A stretch of 32,000 nucleotides of DNA. It comes from Trichodesmium erythraeum IMS101 (GTDB lineage Bacteria > Cyanobacteriota > Cyanobacteriia > Cyanobacteriales > Microcoleaceae). A program made the position numbers and the translations under genes. The notes beneath the pieces are model-generated. The model saw only the letters and a program-made list of their open reading frames with translations, did no database searches and was not told the origin of the DNA. The stretch covers positions 1,770,001 to 1,802,000 of the forward strand of contig NC_008312.1 in assembly GCF_000014265.1 (NCBI RefSeq). Reading direction: 5' to 3'. Shown piece after piece: positions 8,901 through 16,866 of this stretch (positions are counted from its first letter, which is position 1; every line of letters starts with the position of its first letter).

Positions 8901-11900
8901 AATTACTGAATCGCCAAAATTGCTCTAAGTAAAATGAAACTATCCTCTTCCATATCCGACTTTTTCTCATCTCAAAAATTCTGAGCAGAGTCAATTTAAT
9001 TTTGCCACTTTTGGAGAAATAAATACATCATATTAATTACTCATTTTATTTTGTCGCTTCTGGATAAATAGATACATTATATTAATTACTGAATCGCCAA
9101 AATTACTCTAAGTAAAATGAAACTATCCTCTTCCATATCCGACTTTTTCTCATCTCAAAAATTCTGAGCAGAGTCAATTTAATTTTGCCACTTTTGGAGA
9201 AATAAATACATCATATTAATTACTCATTTTATTTTGTCGCTTCTGGATAAATAGATACATCATATTAATTACTGAATCGCCAAAATTGCTCTAAGTAAAA
9301 TGAAAATATCCTTTCCCACATCTGACTTTTTCTCATCTCAAAAATTCTGAGCAGAGTCAATTTTATTTTGCCGCTTCTAGAGAAATAGATACATCATATT
9401 AATTACTGAATCGCCAAAATTGCTCTAAGTAAAATGAAAATATCCTCTCCCACATCCGACTTTTTCTCATCTCAAAAATTCTGAGCAGAGTCAATTTAAT
9501 TTTGTCACTTCTGGAGAAATAGATACATCATATTAATTACTCATTTTATTTTGTCGCTTCTGGATAAATAGATACATCATATTAATTACTGAATCGCCAA
9601 AATTGCTCTAAGTAAAATGAAAATATCCTTTCCCACATCCGACTTTTTCTCATCTCAAAAATTCTGAGCAGAGTCAATTTAATTTTGTCACTTCTAGAGA
9701 AATAGATACATCATATTAATTACTCATTTTATTTTGTCGCTTCTGGATAAATAGATACATCATATTAATTACTGAATCGCCAAAATTGCTCTAAGTAAAA
9801 TGAAAATATCCTTTCCCACATCCGACTTTTTCTCATCTCAAAAATTCTGAGCAGAGTCAATTTAATTTTGCCGCTTTTGGAGAAATAAATACATCATATT
9901 AATTACTCATTTTATTTTGTCACTTCTGGATAAATAGATACATCATATTAATTACTGAATCGCCAAAATTGCTTTAAGTAAAATGAAAATATCCTTTCCC
10001 AAATCCGACTTTTTCTCATCTCAAAAATTCTGAGCAGAGTCAATTTAATTTTGCCACTTATGGAGAAATAAATACATCATATTAATGACTAATTTTATTT
10101 TGTCGCTTCTGGAGAAATAGATACATTATATTAATTACTGAATCGCCAAAATTGCTTTAAGTAAAATGAAAATATCCTTTCCCACATCCGACTTTTTCTC
10201 ATCTCAAAAATTCTGAGCAGAGTCAATTTAATTTTGCCGCTTTTGGAGAAATAAATACATCATATTAATTACTGAATCGCCAAAATTGCTTTAAGTAAAA
10301 TGAAAATATCCTTTCCCAAATCCGACTTTTTCTCATCTCAAAAATTCTGAGCAGAGTCAATTTAATTTTGCCACTTATGGAGAAATAAATACATCATATT
10401 AATGACTAATTTTATTTTGTCGCTTCTGGAGAAATAGATACATTATATTAATTACTGAATCGCCAAAATTGCTCTAAGTAAAATGAAACTATCCTCTTCC
10501 ATATCCGACTTTTTCTCATCTCAAAAATTCTGAGCAGAGTCAATTTAATTTTGCCACTTTTGGAGAAATAAATACATCATATTAATTACTCATTTTATTT
10601 TGTCGCTTCTGGATAAATAGATACATTATATTAATTACTGAATCGCCAAAATTACTCTAAGTAAAATGAAACTATCCTCTTCCATATCCGACTTTTTCTC
10701 ATCTCAAAAATTCTGAGCAGAGTCAATTTAATTTTGCCACTTTTGGAGAAATAAATACATCATATTAATTACTCATTTTATTTTGTCGCTTCTGGATAAA
10801 TAGATACATCATATTAATTACTGAATCGCCAAAATTGCTCTAAGTAAAATGAAAATATCCTTTCCCACATCTGACTTTTTCTCATCTCAAAAATTCTGAG
10901 CAGAGTCAATTTTATTTTGCCGCTTCTAGAGAAATAGATACATCATATTAATTACTGAATCGCCAAAATTGCTCTAAGTAAAATGAAAATATCCTCTCCC
11001 ACATCCGACTTTTTCTCATCTCAAAAATTCTGAGCAGAGTCAATTTAATTTTGTCACTTCTGGAGAAATAGATACATCATATTAATTACTCATTTTATTT
11101 TGTCGCTTCTGGATAAATAGATACATCATATTAATTACTGAATCGCCAAAATTGCTCTAAGTAAAATGAAAATATCCTTTCCCACATCCGACTTTTTCTC
11201 ATCTCAAAAATTCTGAGCAGAGTCAATTTAATTTTGTCACTTCTAGAGAAATAGATACATCATATTAATTACTCATTTTATTTTGTCGCTTCTGGATAAA
11301 TAGATACATCATATTAATTACTGAATCGCCAAAATTGCTCTAAGTAAAATGAAAATATCCTTTCCCACATCCGACTTTTTCTCATCTCAAAAATTCTGAG
11401 CAGAGTCAATTTAATTTTGCCGCTTTTGGAGAAATAAATACATCATATTAATTACTCATTTTATTTTGTCACTTCTGGATAAATAGATACATCATATTAA
11501 TTACTGAATCGCCAAAATTGCTTTAAGTAAAATGAAAATATCCTTTCCCAAATCCGACTTTTTCTCATCTCAAAAATTCTGAGCAGAGTCAATTTAATTT
11601 TGCCACTTATGGAGAAATAAATACATCATATTAATGACTAATTTTATTTTGTCGCTTCTGGAGAAATAGATACATTATATTAATTACTGAATCGCCAAAA
11701 TTGCTTTAAGTAAAATGAAAATATCCTTTCCCACATCCGACTTTTTCTCATCTCAAAAATTCTGAGCAGAGTCAATTTAATTTTGCCGCTTTTGGAGAAA
11801 TAAATACATCATATTAATTACTCATTTTATTTTGTCACTTCTGGATAAATAGATACATCATATTAATTACTGAATCGCCAAAATTGCTTTAAGTAAAATG

Positions 11901-12346
11901 AAAATATCCTTTCCCAAATCCGACTTTTTCTCATCTCAAAAATTCTGAGCAGAGTCAATTTAATTTTGCCACTTATGGAGAAATAAATACATCATATTAA
12001 TGACTAATTTTATTTTGTCGCTTCTGGAGAAATAGATACATTATATTAATTACTGAATCGCCAAAATTGCTTTAAGTAAAATGAAAATATCCTTTCCCAC
12101 ATCCGACTTTTTCTCATCTCAAAAATTCTGAGCAGAGTCAATTTAATTTTGCCACTTATGGAGAAATAAATACATCATATTAATGACTAATTTTATTTTG
12201 TCGCTTCTGGAGAAATAGATACATTATATTAATTACTGAATCGCCAAAATTGCTTTAAGTAAAATGAAAATATCCTTTCCCACATCCGACTTTTTCTCAT
12301 CTCAAAAATTCTGAGCAGAGTCAATTTAATTTTGTCACTTCTGGAG
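5971..12346. repeat. 6.3-kb non-coding tandem array: 31 x 183 bp, 4 x 134 bp and 1 truncated (106 bp) unit, preceded by a decayed half-unit
   Basis: Unit starts (TCGCCAAAATT..) were read at 6032, 6215, 6398 ... 12241 with exact 183-bp spacing. Units at 8228, 9277, 10143 and 10826 are 134 bp. There is no ORF >=60 aa on either strand. 5971-6031 resembles a degraded 49-bp sub-repeat. Confidence 0.97.
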
Positions 12347-12420
12347 TTAAAGGTAATGCATATTATGTAAATTATCACTAAAAACAGAGAACTAAAAACT
12401 GATAACTTATCCGGCTTTTT

Positions 12421-13974
12421 CTAATGTAAAAAGTGACGAATTCCGGTGAGTATCATTATCAAACCTAATTCATTTGCTGCAGCAATAGAATCTTTATCTT
12501 TCAGACTACCACCTGGTTGAATAATTGCAGTTACTCCTGCTGCTGCTGCTGTTTTTACGGAATCATCAAAAGGGAAAAAAGCGTCACTAGCTAATACACC
12601 TCCAATAGCTTTTTCCCCTGCTTGTTCCAAAGCTATTTTTACTGCCCCGACTCTATTCATTTGACCCGCACCAATACCAACAGTAGCTCGATTTTTTGTC
12701 ACAACAATTGCATTAGACTTAACGTGCTTCACCACCTTCCAAGCAAACATTAATTCTTCTATTTGTTCAGTAGTTGGTTGTTTTTCTGTAACGATTTTCC
12801 AATCACTATAATTATCTATCGTATCATCAGTATCTTGTACTAAAAAACCCCCAGAAATTACTTTTATAGTTTCCGGTTCACTCTGTTTGAAATATGGTGA
12901 AATTAAGACTCTTAATTTAGATTTAGATTTAAAAATTTTCTCCGCTTCAGGTTCACATCCAGGAGCAACTACACATTCCAAAAAGGTCTTAGTCATTGCC
13001 TTAGCAGTTGCTGCATCAATAGATTTATTTAAAGCAACAATTCCTCCAAAAGCTGAAACTGAATCTCCGGCAAAAGCTCTTTCATAAGCTGCCAAAATAG
13101 TTTCATCAACTGCAACTCCACAAGGATTTGTATGTTTAAGAATTGCTACAGTCGGAGCATCAGAAAATTCTATAATAATCCGTCTTGCTGCTTCTAAATC
13201 TACTAAATTATTATAGCTTAATTCTTTACCTTGAATAATTTTACTTGCACCCCAACCACTAGCATTAATTCCTCTTTGATACCAAGTTGCATATTGATGA
13301 GGGTTTTCTCCATAACGCAAAGTTTTAATTTTTTTGCCAGAGAGAAAAAATATTTCTTTTTCTGATTTTTCCGACTCAGAAGTTGTTTGTTGCTCCTGTA
13401 AATAAGTAGCGATCGCCTGGTCGTAAGTTGCGGTATGTTTAAATCCTGCTAATGCACATTTTTGACGAAATTCTAAGGATACTTCCCCGGCATTTTTTCT
13501 TAACTCTTCTAAATAAGAATTGTATTGAAAATGGTTGCATAAAACTGTCAGATGAGCAAAATTTTTAGCTGATGCTCTTAACATTGCAGGTCCGCCAATA
13601 TCAATTTTTTCAATTGCTTCTGCCAGAGTAACTTCTGGTTTAGAAATTGTTTCTTCAAAGGGGTATAAATTAACAACAACTAAGTCAATAGGTCGAATAT
13701 TATTAGCATTTAGTTCTTCAACATCTTGAGGCAAATCTTTTCTTGCTAAAATACCCCCATGAATGCGAGGATGTAATGTTTTAACTCTACCTCCTAAAAT
13801 TTCTGGAAATCCCGTATAGTCAGATACCTTAGTAACATAAATTCCAGCATCTTTGAGAGTTTTAGCAGTACCGCCACTACTAATTATTTCATAGTCAAAT
13901 TCTGTAACTAGACTTTTTGCTAAATCAATCAGACCTGTTTTATCAGATGTACTAAGTAATGCTAAACGTTTCAT
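12421..13974 (-). CDS. purH: bifunctional phosphoribosylaminoimidazolecarboxamide formyltransferase / IMP cyclohydrolase
   Basis: 517 aa, ATG start. It has the MGS-like IMP cyclohydrolase N-terminus (ALLSTSDKTGL..., GGRVKTLHPRIHGGIL) and the AICARFT domain (YGENPHQ..., KHTNPCG, IIQPGGS.KD). Confidence 0.97.
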   Translation of the reverse strand: MKRLALLSTSDKTGLIDLAKSLVTEFDYEIISSGGTAKTLKDAGIYVTKVSDYTGFPEILGGRVKTLHPRIHGGILARKDLPQDVEELNANNIRPIDLVVVNLYPFEETISKPEVTLAEAIEKIDIGGPAMLRASAKNFAHLTVLCNHFQYNSYLEELRKNAGEVSLEFRQKCALAGFKHTATYDQAIATYLQEQQTTSESEKSEKEIFFLSGKKIKTLRYGENPHQYATWYQRGINASGWGASKIIQGKELSYNNLVDLEAARRIIIEFSDAPTVAILKHTNPCGVAVDETILAAYERAFAGDSVSAFGGIVALNKSIDAATAKAMTKTFLECVVAPGCEPEAEKIFKSKSKLRVLISPYFKQSEPETIKVISGGFLVQDTDDTIDNYSDWKIVTEKQPTTEQIEELMFAWKVVKHVKSNAIVVTKNRATVGIGAGQMNRVGAVKIALEQAGEKAIGGVLASDAFFPFDDSVKTAAAAGVTAIIQPGGSLKDKDSIAAANELGLIMILTGIRHFLH

Positions 13975-14285
13975 TAGTTTTAAATCCTAACTTCGAGAAC
14001 TGATAGTCTATATTTTAATAATTGAAAATTAAGATATTGAAACTATGCAGATTCTTTTAATATTTTTGTCAGATAGTAACCATTCAGATGTCAGGTTTCA
14101 GCTTCCTAATAATTACTTAGTATGTTATTAGAGCGTAGTATTGATATACTAGGATAAACTCGAAAATTTTCTAATTTCATGATACTAATTCCTTATATAT
14201 TATGTTGTTTGAAGTATGTACAATTCTATTTGAATTTAATCAGCCTAATAGTCAATTATCTATGTTTCAGTCTTTAATTTCTAAG

Positions 14286-15884
14286 TTATTTAAAACTCCG
14301 CTTTTCCATTAGACGTAGCTCAAGAGACTCTGTTACTTTTCTGAGCTCCCCAATAACTTTTATATCATCATCATATTTAAACTTTTCCATCTGTTTTACC
14401 GTATCTTTTAGTTGTTTTACTAATGATTCTAATTTGTCAATATTAAAATTATTTTGATGTTCGTAGATTAGTTTTATTGCTTCTAGTCTAATTGTGAAAG
14501 ATTCTTTAGTATCCTTAATCCTAGCAAGTAGTTTCTTTAAATTCTTATAATCAAGACAGTTTAGTTTTCTCAAAATTCTTTTTCTATATAAGTGGTAACC
14601 TATAGTAATCACAACTGCTACAATTACTACTAAGATAGCAGACCATTGGATAGTAGATATAAAACGCCGTTTTTCTATACTTTTGTTCAAGTATTCAAAC
14701 CTCTCCTGGGTATTTTTAACTGATAACCGAGTTTCTCCTAACTTCTGAAATATTGACTTTTGCAGAGACTTATAACTATCAAGTTCATTCTGTATTTTTT
14801 CTTTCAAAGAAGGAAGTTCATTAACCCTGAAATTATTAACATTTTCTACCCTTCTTTGAAGATTAGGTTTTTGACTTAATGCCCCCTGAGTAAATCTTGG
14901 AGCTTTCAGAAGATCGCGACCTTCAAAATATAAGTTATTAAGGGGTGTGATTCTATCCTCTATTTTATCAGATTCCTTTCTTAAATTATCAACTAAAATT
15001 TTAGTCTTTTTTTCAGCTTGAGAAATTTGATCAAATAAATCATTTATGAGGAATAAATTATTTTCTGTACCACTAATAATTTCCTTATTTAATGTCAAAC
15101 TTTTCACGTTTTCATATTCACTAATCTGAAGCTCAAAATTGTCAGATTCTTTTTCTATAGTTTTAATCTTACGAATAAGCTCTGATTTTTCTTGTGGAAT
15201 TGTTTGTATAACACTGTCTATATTATCAATTGTTTGATCAACAAAATCCAACTCACGATTCGCACATTCTATCCAATTATCTATCTGTTCTCTAGTAATT
15301 AATCTAGTATCTACAACCTTTTTTTGTGCAGCTAGCCAATTATTCCAAGAAGGAAGAAATCTTTTGGCATCTGAAACATTTTCTTCAATCCTTATTAAAT
15401 TATTACTAAAAATTTTAAAGTTATTTGAGCTTGAATTTGTAGACTCTTTTAGTGGCAAATAAATATCTCTTAATTTATTACAATACTCATTCTTTTTAGC
15501 TAAATATTTTTCATCGCCAACTTCTTGATTATTATTGGCTAAACTGCATATATTTTCTAGCTCAGATATCAAACTATCAAGGTCTTCACCAATAGACCTA
15601 ATACTACCTTTTATTTTCTCTAAATTCCCTTGTGCTTGATCTACATATTTTTCTTGATACTTAACTTCATTCTTAAATTTCCAATAAATATTATTAATTC
15701 TATCAATTTTTGATTGAGAGGCTCTACCAGGGGGTGGCTGTCTGTAAAGTTCTTGATAATTTTCTGAATTTCTCACCTTATTTGATAGGCTTAACTCCTC
15801 TGCCAATGAAATTTCTAAACTCTCTATCTTTTCAGAAACAGTTTGATTTAATTTAGTTTCCAATTGCGTTACTTTTTCTTTCAC
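14286..15884 (-). CDS. 532-aa coiled-coil protein with a single TM helix near the C-terminus (cassette gene 4), function unknown
   Basis: GTG-initiated ORF 24 nt after the stop of the upstream ORF. About 410 aa are heptad-like and rich in E/K/N/L/I. A hydrophobic helix follows (WSAILVVIVAVVITIGYHLY plus RKRILRK), then a ~95-aa helical tail. No enzymatic motif recognised. Confidence 0.6.
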   Translation of the reverse strand: MKEKVTQLETKLNQTVSEKIESLEISLAEELSLSNKVRNSENYQELYRQPPPGRASQSKIDRINNIYWKFKNEVKYQEKYVDQAQGNLEKIKGSIRSIGEDLDSLISELENICSLANNNQEVGDEKYLAKKNEYCNKLRDIYLPLKESTNSSSNNFKIFSNNLIRIEENVSDAKRFLPSWNNWLAAQKKVVDTRLITREQIDNWIECANRELDFVDQTIDNIDSVIQTIPQEKSELIRKIKTIEKESDNFELQISEYENVKSLTLNKEIISGTENNLFLINDLFDQISQAEKKTKILVDNLRKESDKIEDRITPLNNLYFEGRDLLKAPRFTQGALSQKPNLQRRVENVNNFRVNELPSLKEKIQNELDSYKSLQKSIFQKLGETRLSVKNTQERFEYLNKSIEKRRFISTIQWSAILVVIVAVVITIGYHLYRKRILRKLNCLDYKNLKKLLARIKDTKESFTIRLEAIKLIYEHQNNFNIDKLESLVKQLKDTVKQMEKFKYDDDIKVIGELRKVTESLELRLMEKRSFK

Positions 15885-15908
15885 TAATTCAAGCTCTGAT
15901 AAACTAAA

Positions 15909-16274
15909 TTATGGAGGTTGATACAGTTGACGGACAGCAAGTATACAAAATACTAATAATATAATAATAATTGGATTTTTCCAGCAAAATTTAGCAACAT
16001 AATAATGCCATCCAACTATAATTGACTTAGGAATAGCTATTCCCGATCTGAAATAAGCAAATATTGAATAGGCTAAAGCAAAAATACAATAGACAAACGG
16101 TAAAAGCATAACAATTCTACTTTGGCTTTCCTGAAAAAGAAACCATAATAGCCAAAGATATACTAGGGCAATAAAAGTAGTTAAAGTATATCCAAAAGCT
16201 AAAGGTAAAGTTATACAAAAAAACCAATTCCAAAAAGAATTTTTAGTGAGCGATCGCTGATTATACATCTCCAA
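15909..16274 (-). CDS. small polytopic membrane protein, ~4 TM helices (cassette gene 3), function unknown
   Basis: 121 aa from the TTG at 16274. An ATG at 16266-16268 gives 119 aa. Either start overlaps the stop (16261-16263) of the upstream ORF, which suggests translational coupling. Strongly hydrophobic (FCITLPLAFGYTLTTFIALVYLWLLWFLF..). Confidence 0.55.
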   Translation of the reverse strand: MEMYNQRSLTKNSFWNWFFCITLPLAFGYTLTTFIALVYLWLLWFLFQESQSRIVMLLPFVYCIFALAYSIFAYFRSGIAIPKSIIVGWHYYVAKFCWKNPIIIILLVFCILAVRQLYQPP

Positions 16275-16851
16275 TTAAACCTCTATAAATTGCTGTAGAA
16301 AAACCGTTATAAACTTTTAGATATAATTCAAAACGAACAGAATTTCTTAACAAATATTGCAGCATAATTATCCAAATATTAATGTTAAATTTAGTTCTAG
16401 ATGCGTAGGTAAGAAGAGTAATAGCTGCTGCATCTGCAATACTTGTATCCCTGCGTTGAAGAAGCATTTTAAACAAACCAAGAGGGAGAAAAAAGAAGCT
16501 ACTATAGCCATTTGAAGATAACCTACTCAGGAATTTTAAAACTCTTAAGGGACTACAAGGATCATATTCTTTATGGGATAAATCAAAATTTTTCCGCTTG
16601 AGGAGTTGTGCCACAAAACTTTGAATAAACCCACTCAGGAGCTTTTTGTCATCAGCTCTGACAAATGAAAGGCCATTTACAACTGCTGTCGCTAATACAG
16701 GGTCTCTAGATGCAACTTTAGGGTCTAATATCTTATGAAGTTCCTTAGAAATACCAATTGAAATTGCTATTGTTCTGAATAACCAAAAATTAATTTCTCC
16801 TTTCTGGAGTATTTCCTTCAAGCCATTTTCAACAAGATAGCGAGCTGCCAA
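16261..16851 (-). CDS. 196-aa helical protein (cassette gene 2), in frame with and probably the detached C-terminal region of the upstream NTPase
   Basis: The track start is a TTG at 16849-16851. The frame is the same as ORF 16867-18537 and is separated from it only by TAA (16867-16869) and five sense codons (R A A D Y). No Shine-Dalgarno sequence, no family recognised. Confidence 0.5.
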   Translation of the reverse strand: MAARYLVENGLKEILQKGEINFWLFRTIAISIGISKELHKILDPKVASRDPVLATAVVNGLSFVRADDKKLLSGFIQSFVAQLLKRKNFDLSHKEYDPCSPLRVLKFLSRLSSNGYSSFFFLPLGLFKMLLQRRDTSIADAAAITLLTYASRTKFNINIWIIMLQYLLRNSVRFELYLKVYNGFSTAIYRGLIGDV

Positions 16852-16866
16852 ATAGTCAGCAGCTCT

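Noticed and set aside
5971-12346. Could the large array be a CRISPR locus?
   Set aside because: There are no variable spacers, since every segment of the 183-bp unit is conserved between copies. The period is far longer than repeat-plus-spacer periods. The nested repeat is 49 bp and directly adjacent to its twin. No cas genes are in the window.
12887-13087. Shadow ORFs inside or overlapping strong genes: 12887-13087(+) in purH, 17777-17974(+) in the NTPase, 23033-23218(+) in petB, 24298-24513(-) in the Ctp protease, 26131-26316(+) in the 139-aa ORF, 28383-28631(+) overlapping ndk, and 23833-24027(+) overlapping the ctp start.
   Set aside because: Each lies largely within, or overlaps the 5' end of, a well-supported gene. 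Most are antisense and one (23833-24027) is in an alternative frame on the same strand. All have unremarkable or low-complexity translations. This is typical of overlapping-frame artefacts in AT-rich DNA.
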